Below are positions 30,034 to 39,983 of a stretch of 64,000 nt of DNA, one piece after another. Numbering within the stretch: position 1 is the stretch's first letter; each line of letters starts with the position of its first letter. The translations under genes and the position numbers were made by a program. The notes beneath the pieces were generated by a model. That model saw only the letters and a program-made list of their open reading frames with translations. It ran no database searches and was not told where the DNA came from. Origin of the DNA: Candidatus Dojkabacteria bacterium (GTDB taxonomy: Bacteria; Patescibacteriota; Dojkabacteria; B142; WJKM01); the NCBI GenBank assembly GCA_014729085.1, contig WJKM01000009.1, forward strand, positions 126,590-190,589, written 5' to 3'.

Positions 30034-31320
30034 ATGCAAAATTCTAAACAACCCAAAATTCTCGCCCCGGCCGGTTCATTTGATTCATTGACAGCTGCTA
30101 TTAAAGCAGGTGCAGATGCAGTATATTTTGGAATTGCTGACTTTAATATGAGAGCTTCTGCTGCAAGAAATTTTAAAAAAGAAAATCTTGGGAAAATTGT
30201 TAAGCAGTGCAAAAAAAATAATGTAGAAACAAATCTAACAGTGAATACTGTTCTATACAACCAAGAAATAGAGAAAATGAAGAGAATTATAGATAGTGCT
30301 AAAGATTCTGGAATAGATGCAATAATATGTGCTGACCAAGCAGCAATACAGTATGGTCACTCAAAAGGACTAAGGGTAAACATATCCACTCAGGTGTCTG
30401 TATCAAACACAGAAACTGTTAAATTTTACTCAAATTTTGCGGACAGAATCATACTTGCTCGTGAATTAACATTAAATCAAGTACAAGAAATTTGCAATGA
30501 TATTAAGAAACAAGAGATAAAAGGTCCCTCTGGTAATTTGGTTGAAATTGAGGTATTTGCACATGGCGCTTTATGTGTTGCGGTGTCTGGAAGATGTGCT
30601 ATGAGTTTGTATCATTATAATACTTCTGCAAATAGAGGTAGATGTGCTCAAATTTGTAGAAGACGTTTTAGACTGACGGATATAGAAACAAATAAAGAAG
30701 TAGACGTAGACCATAATTATATAATGAGCTCAGCAGATTTATGTACAATTGGGATGCTTCCCGAGATTGTAGAAACTGGAGTTGATATTTTAAAGTTTGA
30801 AGGTCGAGGAAGACCTCCAGAATATGTCAAGACGGTTGTAACCTGCTATAAAGAAGCATTGGATGCTATTGCAGATAAAACTTTTACAGAAGATAAAGTA
30901 GAGAAGTGGAATCAAAGATTAGGGACAGTTTTTAATAGAGGATTTTGCACTGGTTTTTATATGGGAAGAAAAATTGATGAATGGGCAAAAGCTCATGGAA
31001 GCAAATCAACGGAGGAGAAAACAATTGCAGGGTATGTTGAACACTATTATGATAAGATTAAAGTTGCACATGTAAAAATAGATGCGGATATTGAAATAAA
31101 TAATAAAGACAAGTTTTTAATTACCGGCCCAACCACAGGTGCTGTAAGTGGGAAGTTAACTGGGATGATGATTGATGATAAAGAAGTTAACAAAGCTAAG
31201 CAGGGAGATGATCTAACTTTTAAAGTACCAGAAAAAGTTCGTAAAAACGATAAGTTTTTTATAGTACGAAGAAGAAATTCATTCATACCAAGAGGAAAAG
31301 AAAAATTATTAAATAATTGA
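30034..31320 (+). CDS. Peptidase U32 family protein (TrhP/RlhA-like RNA hydroxylation factor)
   Basis: ILAPAG, GADAVYFG, ILAREL, EVFAHGALCVAVSGRC, NRGRCAQICRR, KFEGR. Confidence 0.9.
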   Translation: MQNSKQPKILAPAGSFDSLTAAIKAGADAVYFGIADFNMRASAARNFKKENLGKIVKQCKKNNVETNLTVNTVLYNQEIEKMKRIIDSAKDSGIDAIICADQAAIQYGHSKGLRVNISTQVSVSNTETVKFYSNFADRIILARELTLNQVQEICNDIKKQEIKGPSGNLVEIEVFAHGALCVAVSGRCAMSLYHYNTSANRGRCAQICRRRFRLTDIETNKEVDVDHNYIMSSADLCTIGMLPEIVETGVDILKFEGRGRPPEYVKTVVTCYKEALDAIADKTFTEDKVEKWNQRLGTVFNRGFCTGFYMGRKIDEWAKAHGSKSTEEKTIAGYVEHYYDKIKVAHVKIDADIEINNKDKFLITGPTTGAVSGKLTGMMIDDKEVNKAKQGDDLTFKVPEKVRKNDKFFIVRRRNSFIPRGKEKLLNN

Positions 31321-31322
31321 TA

Positions 31323-32228
31323 TTATTCCGGATCATATTCATAGACATTAATGAATACATAATCACTCCATGTCCATGCATAAATATCCATTAATTTCCC
31401 AAGAGTGGGAAATTGATAAAGTTCTCCCTCACCTAATTTAGTTTCAAAAACTAATTCTCCCTCCATATTTTCTACAACTCTAGCTGAATGGTAATAAGCC
31501 ATTCCTTCGAAAGATATTATATCTCCTTCTTCTAAATGATCTGCATAGGCTCTTTCATTTAGTTCATCAATTGTAAGATTACCTTCAAGAGTAACTGGAG
31601 TAATTATGATATCTTTACGTGAAAAATAATTGTCAATCAAAGTACTTAGTGAATTATGATGATCTTCACCATCAAAGATAGTACCACTTTCTAACCACAA
31701 TTTTTTATAAAATGGAAACCAATATCCAAATGAATGACTATGACAATTATAATTAGGATTGGGTGGTTCCAGAATGATTGCATCGTCAAATGGTTCTGGA
31801 TTGAGCCCTTCCACTATTTCTTCAATACCATCAATAGAATCATAGAATTCCAAAGTATAAATTGATACAGGAGAATCTGCATCATTTTTATCCCATAACC
31901 GTATTGTTTGACCGTTAGGAAGTTCGTAGATATGTACTTCCGGAGCAAATTCAAAAAATTCGGGGTCATTTTCAATTATTTCTATTAATTCAAGATTTTG
32001 AAAGCCTGTTTCAGAGGGAGTAAGATCTATGTTTCCATCAAAATGCTGAGTAAGATAATCTTGAGTTGTTAAACCAGTTGGGTTCATGAAATTGTTGTTT
32101 TCTAGTGCAGTAGATAGACCATCCTCATCGTAATCAGGTTCAGGTTGTACATCCATACACCCTGAAAGTAAGGGGGTTAATAAGAGAATGATTGGTATAT
32201 AGTTTTTAAGTTCTAGTTCCTGTTCCAT
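31323..32228 (-). CDS. Lipoprotein with putative Cys-His hydrolase domain
   Basis: Lipobox LSGC; YNCHSHSFG...HSARV...ETKLG pattern. Confidence 0.55.
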   Translation of the reverse strand: MEQELELKNYIPIILLLTPLLSGCMDVQPEPDYDEDGLSTALENNNFMNPTGLTTQDYLTQHFDGNIDLTPSETGFQNLELIEIIENDPEFFEFAPEVHIYELPNGQTIRLWDKNDADSPVSIYTLEFYDSIDGIEEIVEGLNPEPFDDAIILEPPNPNYNCHSHSFGYWFPFYKKLWLESGTIFDGEDHHNSLSTLIDNYFSRKDIIITPVTLEGNLTIDELNERAYADHLEEGDIISFEGMAYYHSARVVENMEGELVFETKLGEGELYQFPTLGKLMDIYAWTWSDYVFINVYEYDPE

Positions 32229-32438
32229 AACGATTATTAAAGACCTATAATTATATCATTTTAATTTTGCGGATTGTGTTAAAAAGCCTGTAACTTGAAC
32301 ATAGACTATTTTGTAATGAATTAAGCTTGATAACATAAACTTAGGCCTATATATTGAAATATTCTGTGCTGAAAGACTTATATATTAATTCTGATTGATA
32401 TCTTGTTATAATAATTTGATTTATTAGGACTATTTATA

Positions 32439-33395
32439 ATGTTAGTAGATAAAATTCGCGTGGATTTTAAATCCGGAAAAGGTGGAAACGGTGTTGCCCG
32501 TTTTTTTCGTAATAGAAAACCCTCAGGAGGCAATGGAGGGGACGGTGGTGATGTATACCTCCAAGGTACTAGAAATTTATATGACTTAAGACCTCTGGCT
32601 CATATTAGAAAATTTCATGCCGAAGATGGAGAAGATGGGCAAGGTAATTTAAAAAAAGGTTCTAAAGGAAGAGATGAAATCGTAAAAGTACCTCTTACCA
32701 CCATAGTCTATTCTTTGGATAATAAAAAGATATTAAGTATCGAAAAAGACGGTCAAAAAGAATTGCTTTTAGAAGGAGGCCAGGGTGGTCTAGGTAATTA
32801 CGAATTTAGACGTAAACAAAGAGTTAGTCGAAAAAAAATAACGTTAGGCAAACCAGGGGAAAAACTAAAAGCATTCTTAGAGCTTAGGTTAAAGGCCGAT
32901 GTAGTTTTTATTGGCTTTCCAAATGCCGGGAAATCAAGCATGCTAAACGCATTAACAAATGCAAGCGTTGCTGTTGCTGCTTATCCATTTACAACTGTCG
33001 AACCTCATTTAGGGATAGCCCAGGATTATATTCTTATGGATTTTCCGGGACTTATTGAAGGAACATTTGAAGGTAAAGGTCTTGGGAGAAAACATATTCA
33101 ACATGCCGAAATGACGGAGCTAGTCGCACATTTTGTTAGTCTTGAAAATGAAAAGATTGATCAAACTTACGAAAAAATGAGAGATGAGTTATCGAAATTA
33201 AGTAAAAATTTATTTAATAAACCTGAAATTATAGTTTTAACAAAATCCGATATGTTTGAGGAAAATGAGATAGAAAAGAAAAAACAACAACTCGAAAAAT
33301 TCAAGGTTCCAATTATTGTAACTTCAGCATTTAAACTAGACGAACTTGGACATATAGTAGATGCTTTTCATAAACAACTATCTAAGTCCAACTAG
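32439..33395 (+). CDS. obgE: GTPase Obg/CgtA (short form)
   Basis: Gly-rich Obg fold, LELRLKADV, GFPNAGKSS, YPFTT, DFPGLIEG, TKSD, SA. Confidence 0.93.
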   Translation: MLVDKIRVDFKSGKGGNGVARFFRNRKPSGGNGGDGGDVYLQGTRNLYDLRPLAHIRKFHAEDGEDGQGNLKKGSKGRDEIVKVPLTTIVYSLDNKKILSIEKDGQKELLLEGGQGGLGNYEFRRKQRVSRKKITLGKPGEKLKAFLELRLKADVVFIGFPNAGKSSMLNALTNASVAVAAYPFTTVEPHLGIAQDYILMDFPGLIEGTFEGKGLGRKHIQHAEMTELVAHFVSLENEKIDQTYEKMRDELSKLSKNLFNKPEIIVLTKSDMFEENEIEKKKQQLEKFKVPIIVTSAFKLDELGHIVDAFHKQLSKSN

Positions 33396-34769
33396 AATAG
33401 GGAGTCTTTTATACGGATAGAAATTGATTTCAGGATGATTTTTTGAATATAGAGTTGTTGATGATCCACCATCTAAATTAATTACATCAAGTGACTTGCC
33501 TTCAAATAGTTCAAGAGATAATAGAAAATCCCCGACTTCATGGATTTTAGCAGGTTTTCGAGTTATTATAAAAAATTTTTCATACCCATCGGTTGTTCCA
33601 AGCATAGTTCTTAAAGCGCTTTTAGTACCGTTTTTTGAAGGATTAACATATTGATATTGTATTTTTCTGTCAATCATTACAATGGGGCCTGTTTGAAATT
33701 CCAGAGTATTTATATCTGTATTATTTGTTTCAAAATCATTTCTATCAATAAATTCCATCCTATTCTCTGATTTGATAAACCTAACAATATGAGTTAATTG
33801 GTTTGAGGCTTCGGGTGGTTTAAAATGAGAATAGTGCGTTCCGTAATAATTTAAAAAACCTGCATGCGAGCAAGATTTCCAACTGCCCCCATAAAATGAT
33901 CCGTTTACAACATATGTAAAATTATTAAATCTAGCATATTCTTCTACTTTTGCGGCCATATAAGGATGATACAAGAAATCGAATTCTTTGTGCGTAGAGA
34001 TAATTGTTAAACCCAAATGTTCATAATAATAAATAATATATCCGCTGTCATAAATTGTATAAGTTGGTGGGATCTGAGTTCCCGATTTTGGATATTTTGT
34101 TTTCTGAATTAATTTATGTGAATTAGTAAGAATTTTTGTAGCTTCATAGTTAGTCAAATTACTAGCAGGTCTAAATTTTTTTGCTTTTGTTAAAGTAAGA
34201 ATTTGTTCTTCTGTGGGTAAACCTTTTGTAGATAGATAAGCAGACTGTACATAAGAGTAAAATGGGTTCGTATAAGGAAGATCAATATAATCGAGCTCTC
34301 CTCTTTGATAGAATAGATCATAGTTATCAATTCTTCCGGCTTTAACGACATATTTGATTGCTTCTGCACGTGAAATATAGTCATTAGGTCTAAAGCTATT
34401 TTTATTTCTGTATCCTAAGATATTTAATTCTTTAGCTGTATAGATTGGATCAAAATAAGGATTTCTTTTTTTAACATCTGAAAACGATGGGAGGTTTTCG
34501 TAACCTGAAATATCAGCTTTCAGACTGAAAACTTCAACAATTTGTCTAATCAATTCACCTCTTGTGATAAATTTGTTCGGTTCAAATGAAGATTTAGAAT
34601 CGTCTATTACATTTAAATAATCTAGATAGTTCACATGTAGACAAATAGAGTTTTGGTGAGGTATGTCATCAAACCTTGTATTGCAATTGGTTTCCGCATA
34701 AGATGCATTATGAAATAAACTCAATAGAATAAGAGGAATAGTAATAGTTAATAAAAATTTTCTTTTCAT
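33378..34769 (-). CDS. Secreted SLH-repeat + phosphodiester glycosidase (NAGPA-like) protein, paralogue of 9324..10751
   Basis: Signal peptide, SLH-like repeats (FEPNKFITRGE, FRPNDYISRAE), NGSFY, EFQTGP, RTMLG, INLDGGSST. Confidence 0.82.
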   Translation of the reverse strand: MKRKFLLTITIPLILLSLFHNASYAETNCNTRFDDIPHQNSICLHVNYLDYLNVIDDSKSSFEPNKFITRGELIRQIVEVFSLKADISGYENLPSFSDVKKRNPYFDPIYTAKELNILGYRNKNSFRPNDYISRAEAIKYVVKAGRIDNYDLFYQRGELDYIDLPYTNPFYSYVQSAYLSTKGLPTEEQILTLTKAKKFRPASNLTNYEATKILTNSHKLIQKTKYPKSGTQIPPTYTIYDSGYIIYYYEHLGLTIISTHKEFDFLYHPYMAAKVEEYARFNNFTYVVNGSFYGGSWKSCSHAGFLNYYGTHYSHFKPPEASNQLTHIVRFIKSENRMEFIDRNDFETNNTDINTLEFQTGPIVMIDRKIQYQYVNPSKNGTKSALRTMLGTTDGYEKFFIITRKPAKIHEVGDFLLSLELFEGKSLDVINLDGGSSTTLYSKNHPEINFYPYKRLPILVGLR

Positions 34770-34917
34770 TATTTTTATAGCTGCTAATCCTATAAATAAA
34801 TTAATTGTTTGGAATTATACAATATTATAAAAAATTTTTTGAAATTATTTTAAGATTTTATACTTTTTAAAAGTAATGTTATACTTAATAAACTTCAAGA
34901 AAATCATTTAGATATAT

Positions 34918-35586
34918 ATGAAACAAACAAATTTTTATAATCAATATTCCTGGACAAGACAACATCTAAATGACGTTATACTTCACGGCAAACATAAGAT
35001 TATCTCAAATAAACTATTAAGCCAAGCCTTTAAAAACATCGACAGAGCTGATTTTGTTCCAGAAGACCAACGAAAATTTGCTTACAATGATACAGAAATT
35101 GATATAGGCTTTGGTCAAAAATTAGATAAACCTACATTAATTGCCGAACAGTTAGATTTACTTAGTCCTCAAAAAAATGGAAGATATCTAGATCTAGGTG
35201 CTGGATCCGGCTATACTGCTGCTATTTTAGGTGAAATTGTTAAAAATAAAGGTAAAGTTTTTGCCCTCGAACGTATACTTTATTTAGTAGAACAGATGCG
35301 TTCCAACTTAAGTAAATATAAAGATTTAACAAATACAGTTGAGATACTATTTAAAGATGGATCAAAGGGTTATCCCGATATGGCCCCTTATGATGGAATT
35401 ATCAGTTCGGTTGCATTTAAACAGATACCTCCTGAGTTGATTAAACAACTGAAAATAGGCGGAAAATTAGTAATTCCAACCCACGAGTTGGAGCTTAAAG
35501 CTGTGACCAGAGTCGATAAAGATAATACAAAAGAAGAAATACACCATGGTTATGTTTTTGATAAAGCAAAAAGTGGAGTAGAGTAG
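34918..35586 (+). CDS. pcm: Protein-L-isoaspartate O-methyltransferase
   Basis: DRADFVP, AYND..IDIGFGQ, LDLGAGSGY, DGSKGYP..APYD, QLKIGGKLVIP. Confidence 0.9.
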   Translation: MKQTNFYNQYSWTRQHLNDVILHGKHKIISNKLLSQAFKNIDRADFVPEDQRKFAYNDTEIDIGFGQKLDKPTLIAEQLDLLSPQKNGRYLDLGAGSGYTAAILGEIVKNKGKVFALERILYLVEQMRSNLSKYKDLTNTVEILFKDGSKGYPDMAPYDGIISSVAFKQIPPELIKQLKIGGKLVIPTHELELKAVTRVDKDNTKEEIHHGYVFDKAKSGVE

Positions 35587-35648
35587 AGTACTTAATAACA
35601 AAGAATGAATAATTCGAATAAATATTTTAATTTATAAAACAGAAATCT

Positions 35649-35954
35649 ATGTCTAATAAAGAGAGACAAAAACTAGAATCGCAGGAATTTAAAGACCTAT
35701 ATTCAGCTTTTCTTAAGCTTAGAAATGAAAGCGAAGTCATGAAATTCATGAGAGATCTAATGACTATGAAAGAAATGGAATCATTGGCTTCTAGATGGAA
35801 AGCTGCTCGTATGTTAGACAAAAAAATTCCTTACATTGAAATCGAAAGACTTACCGGTTTAAGTTCCGCAACTATTGCTCGTGTAAGTGAATATTTAAAA
35901 TATGGCTATGATGGTTATAGATTAGTACTAGACAGAATAAAAAAAAGAAAATAA
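35649..35954 (+). CDS. TrpR-like YerC/YecD HTH protein
   Basis: FMRDLMTMKE...RW...Y.EI...TGLSSATIARV..YLKYG..GY. Confidence 0.88.
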   Translation: MSNKERQKLESQEFKDLYSAFLKLRNESEVMKFMRDLMTMKEMESLASRWKAARMLDKKIPYIEIERLTGLSSATIARVSEYLKYGYDGYRLVLDRIKKRK

Positions 35955-36042
35955 GAAGAATTTTCAATATATTTTTTGAAACATATATAATATAATTTTC
36001 AATATAAAGTATTTGGTATATATTATTTTTTAAAGAGTCACT

Positions 36043-36636
36043 ATGCCTATTCCCAAACTCTTTCAACAAAATACCTTTGTTGTAAACCAAAAAGCCGGAC
36101 TATTTAAAATGGCAAATCAATATCAACTTCAGGACGAACAACAGAATGATATTGGGTTTGTACAGGAAGTAGTTCCCGGTTGGGCTAAGTTCGCACGTTT
36201 TTTTCTTAATAAACAATTACTCCCTTTTGAGTTGAGCATTATGGACGAAAATCAAAATCTACTTGCTAAAATCAAAAGAGGATTTACACTTGCAATGCCT
36301 AAAGTGCAAGTATTTGATGCAAATGAAAAATTAATTGGTACTTTTAGAGGAAAATTTAAATTACTTGGAGTTAAATTTGAAATACAAGATGAGGAAGGAA
36401 ATATAGTCGGAGAAATAAATGGTAATTGGAAAGGATGGGATTTCACCATTACAGACCAAAATGGAAATCAAATAGGAACTGTAAATAAAAAATGGGCTGG
36501 TGCTATGAAAGAAATTTTTACAACAGCAGATCGATACAAAGTTGAAATCAACCCAAGTGTCGCAGAAGATGAAAATAAAATTTTAATGGTTGCTGTAGCT
36601 ATCTCTATAGATATGATTTTGAAGAACGGTAAATAG
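36043..36636 (+). CDS. LURP-one / scramblase-like protein
   Basis: Repeated beta-strand units, GNWKGWDF, KKWAG..KEIFTTADRY, terminal helix. Confidence 0.8.
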   Translation: MPIPKLFQQNTFVVNQKAGLFKMANQYQLQDEQQNDIGFVQEVVPGWAKFARFFLNKQLLPFELSIMDENQNLLAKIKRGFTLAMPKVQVFDANEKLIGTFRGKFKLLGVKFEIQDEEGNIVGEINGNWKGWDFTITDQNGNQIGTVNKKWAGAMKEIFTTADRYKVEINPSVAEDENKILMVAVAISIDMILKNGK

Positions 36637-36686
36637 ATAAACATTGTCATGCAAAATAAATTAAGCTAATATTTAAAGAGTTACAA

Positions 36687-37220
36687 GTGATACTTTCAGA
36701 TCAAGATATATTTCAAAAGATTATTAAGGAAGATATCAAAATTGAACCTTTTGATAAAAATAACATTCATCCCGCCAGTTACATCTTTACTTTGGGTAAT
36801 AACTTACTGAAACCTTTACAAACAAAAGTCATAGATATTAAAAATAATCAAATTCCTGAGTATAAGAAAATTAGTTTGGATGAAATAGGATATGGTTTAG
36901 AACCAGGTGAGCTTGTTTTAGGACAAACATTGGAAAAATTAACTTTACCCCGAGATGTAGCTATGATAATTGAGGGTAGATCTACACTTGCTAGAATGGG
37001 TATCGAAATTATCCAAGAATCAAGTTTTATTGAGCCGGATCATTCTAATTCAATTATTACATTAGAAATTATTAATAATAGCCAGAGCCCAATTATTTTA
37101 TATCCCGGAATGGAATGCGCAAAAGGGATCTTCATAAAATTGACCAGCGAATATAGTGGTGATTTCTCTTCATCTACTTATACAACCCAAACGGAAGTTG
37201 AAGGGCCAAAGTTTGAATAG
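36687..37220 (+). CDS. dcd: dCTP deaminase
   Basis: MILSD, PASY..TLG, TLE, EGRSTLARMG, ITLEI.N, LYPGM. Confidence 0.87.
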   Translation: MILSDQDIFQKIIKEDIKIEPFDKNNIHPASYIFTLGNNLLKPLQTKVIDIKNNQIPEYKKISLDEIGYGLEPGELVLGQTLEKLTLPRDVAMIIEGRSTLARMGIEIIQESSFIEPDHSNSIITLEIINNSQSPIILYPGMECAKGIFIKLTSEYSGDFSSSTYTTQTEVEGPKFE

Positions 37221-37289
37221 TAATTTTTTCTCGAAACCCTGTTTCCAAGTAATATTACTCTAATAATCACGGCTAACTATAGTTGTTTT

Positions 37290-37937
37290 CTAGTGAGCAA
37301 TGTAATCAGCCAATATATCCTTTAATCTTTTCTCTAGTTTTTCATAGGGAAGCTTGTTTTCGTTGTATGAAAACTCGCTTTCAAATTCCCAATATTCAGG
37401 ACATTCTTCTTGAGTAATCTCAACAGTATCTTCAAAAATAAGATTAGCTGTTCTAGCTTCATATAACTTAATTTCGTATTCAGCATCATAAAGATTCACA
37501 AACCCAGGCAAGGAATCATCATCTATTTCGTATTCGCACACATCACTGTTTGATTCGGTCTTATCAAGTAGTTTAACGCATAAAACAAGTTGCGTATTTT
37601 CTTCTTCTTTATACTTAGTTTGCCATTCATAAGGTAATTCCCATTTATGATTAAGAGGATCTGGTTCTGTATATTCGTTAGACAACTGATCCCATACGTA
37701 AGTAGCTGTTAAAGATATGTTTCCTTCTGATCTCTCATATTTAGCTACTTCTTCAATTCCTTCCTGCGAAATACAGAATTGTTCTAGATCTGAACGGATT
37801 TGATCTTGGTCATAAGTAGATGGAGAGGGATCTGCAGAATTATTTTTGGTTGGTTGTTGTACACATCCCGTTAGGAGTAACGAAGCGAAAAATATGATTA
37901 CTATATTTGAAATTAACTTCAACTCAATTTTTTTCAT
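37290..37937 (-). CDS. Hypothetical lipoprotein
   Basis: Lipobox LTGC; acidic mature region with four further Cys. Confidence 0.65.
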   Translation of the reverse strand: MKKIELKLISNIVIIFFASLLLTGCVQQPTKNNSADPSPSTYDQDQIRSDLEQFCISQEGIEEVAKYERSEGNISLTATYVWDQLSNEYTEPDPLNHKWELPYEWQTKYKEEENTQLVLCVKLLDKTESNSDVCEYEIDDDSLPGFVNLYDAEYEIKLYEARTANLIFEDTVEITQEECPEYWEFESEFSYNENKLPYEKLEKRLKDILADYIAH

Positions 37938-38193
37938 TTTTGATTAAAGATTTAAAATATAATTTAAAATATTACATAATAATCCGAATGATTAAATTAT
38001 TGAAGTATATCAAGTATTTTTTTAAATTCCAATATCTTAAAAAAATATAAAGATTGTATGTTAGCTGTGATTTAGATATAATGCTAAAGCTTGATTGATA
38101 GCAAAGTATCAAAATATATAGTAGACACCTTGAGGCAAGAAAGTATATAATTTAGATATTGAAGTTTGAAAACTTAAAATAAAACTATGGTAT

Positions 38194-38268
38194 GGCCCCA
38201 TAGTATAACGGCTAGTACACCGGGTTTTCATCCCGGCGATAGGGGTTCGATTCCCCTTGGGGTCACCA
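38194..38268 (+). tRNA. tRNA-Glu(TTC), integration target
   Basis: Acceptor GGCCCCA/TGGGGTC, anticodon arm CCGGG-ttTTCat-CCCGG, T-loop TTCGATT, encoded CCA. Confidence 0.96.
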
Positions 38269-39739
38269 TCATAGAATTTTTCACTTCAAATGCTTCATTT
38301 AACTCAACTGACAATGGTTTTGTTGGTGTTGTAAAATTTTCATTTTTGTATATCAATCCTTGAGGAAATATGAATTTTTCGAACTTATTTTGCTGAAATT
38401 CATCCATCTTTGTCCATGCTTTACTCATATTTTTTAAAAGAACAACGCTAAATTTTATTAATTTCTCCTCGTCTTTCTCTGGGTCTGAGTACCTAGTTAG
38501 CTCAATATCAATTTTAGAAATCTTTTCTTCTAAATCTCCAATATACCTTTTTGATAACTTGTCGTTATAAATACCATTTAAATTTTTCTCAACAACTTTA
38601 TCTTGTTTTGCTCTTAATGTTCTTTTTTCTTTCTTAAGTAGATTTACTTTACTTTGTATTTCCTTGGTCCGATTTTTCCAATTTAAGATAATTGCTTCTT
38701 TTACCAATTTACCAACATCTTTCTTTAGTTTTATCTCTTTTAGATACTCTATAAAATTCTCTTCTACATCATACTTCCCTAAATTTATTCCACTACACTT
38801 AGTGCATCTATAATAACCATATTTTTTATATTTCCCCTGAGACCAGTTAGAAGTTAAGTAATTTCCACATTTTGCACATCTCAATACTCCTCTCAATGGA
38901 AAATCAGGATTAATCTTTTTATAAATTGGCAACTTTTTTGCTTTCCCATCCAAAATTAACTGCACGATATTGAAAAGTTTCGGAGTAACTATTGGTTCAA
39001 AACTACCTTTTAAATTCAATCCCATACTTGGCACATCAATATATCCCTTATAAACAGGATTTCTAAGCATTTTATAAAAGTGTGATTTACTTAACTTTTT
39101 ACCATTTTTCTTTTTCATTCCTATCTTATTAGCGTACTGCCTAACCTCTTCTTGACTTTTGTATCCTTTAGATATCTCTTGAAATACCTTTCTAATCTTA
39201 GGTTTTAGTTCTTTTACTGGAACAATGTTTGAGTTTCCACGTCCTCCTATATTCTTATATCCATATGGAGCCTTAAAAATATACCTACCTTGCTTAAGAG
39301 CCTCTACCATTCCAGCTTTAGTTCTATCCGCCCTGATTTCATTATCAAGCTGAGCGATATTTGCCATGGTATTTTCCATAAATCTTCCTATTGGATTGTC
39401 TTCAAAAGGCTCTGTTATAGAAATAACTTCGATTCCACAACTTCTAAAGAAGATTCTCAACTGTCCATAATCTGTGGAATTTCTTGAAAGTCTATCAACC
39501 TTGTATATCAATAAGGCATCATATTTCTTATCATTCAGTTTACAAAACCTCATCATTTTCTGAAGTTCCGTTCTGTCTACAGTTTTTGCACTTTCACCTC
39601 TTTCCACAAAAACCTTCTCAACTTCTATATCATTTTTTGAAGCATAATCTTTACAAAGCCTTTCCTGTGATTGAAGACTCATACCCTCTTCAGCCTGTTC
39701 GGTTGTGGACACCCTACAGTAGATTATTCCCTTTTTCAC
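38228..39739 (-). CDS. Large serine recombinase (integrase)
   Basis: IYCRVST catalytic Ser, ESAKT.DR, YKVDRLSR, APYGY, recombinase domain, Zn ribbon CAKC...CTKC, coiled coil. The last codons run antisense into the tRNA. Confidence 0.95.
   Translation of the reverse strand: MKKGIIYCRVSTTEQAEEGMSLQSQERLCKDYASKNDIEVEKVFVERGESAKTVDRTELQKMMRFCKLNDKKYDALLIYKVDRLSRNSTDYGQLRIFFRSCGIEVISITEPFEDNPIGRFMENTMANIAQLDNEIRADRTKAGMVEALKQGRYIFKAPYGYKNIGGRGNSNIVPVKELKPKIRKVFQEISKGYKSQEEVRQYANKIGMKKKNGKKLSKSHFYKMLRNPVYKGYIDVPSMGLNLKGSFEPIVTPKLFNIVQLILDGKAKKLPIYKKINPDFPLRGVLRCAKCGNYLTSNWSQGKYKKYGYYRCTKCSGINLGKYDVEENFIEYLKEIKLKKDVGKLVKEAIILNWKNRTKEIQSKVNLLKKEKRTLRAKQDKVVEKNLNGIYNDKLSKRYIGDLEEKISKIDIELTRYSDPEKDEEKLIKFSVVLLKNMSKAWTKMDEFQQNKFEKFIFPQGLIYKNENFTTPTKPLSVELNEAFEVKNSMMVTPRGIEPLSPG
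38255..38268 (+). repeat. attL core (tRNA-Glu 3' end)
   Basis: CCTTGGGGTCACCA, identical to 46685-46698. Confidence 0.88.
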
Positions 39740-39888
39740 TTTTTATTCTCTTGTAAATATAAGTCAATTATCAGATTCGAAAAGCCATTAATTTGTTCTA
39801 TCAAAGAATCGATTTGATCTTGATCTTTGAAACCTAAGTTTTTCAACCTTTGACATAATACCTTATAGCTTTCATCAATTTTTTGCAT
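39736..39888 (-). CDS. 50-aa ORF translationally coupled to the recombinase
   Basis: Hand-translated MQKIDESYKVLCQRLKNLGFKDQDQIDSLIEQINGFSNLIIDLYLQENKK; its TGA overlaps the recombinase GTG (GTGA). Confidence 0.6.
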   Translation of the reverse strand: MQKIDESYKVLCQRLKNLGFKDQDQIDSLIEQINGFSNLIIDLYLQENKK

Positions 39889-39983
39889 AGGCTAAAACAA
39901 TATACTGTCTTAGCCTGAGTGCCTCTCAGCGTCTAATTAATATTTAAAATTAGTTTAATATCCTGCTTTTTTTAGCTTAGATA

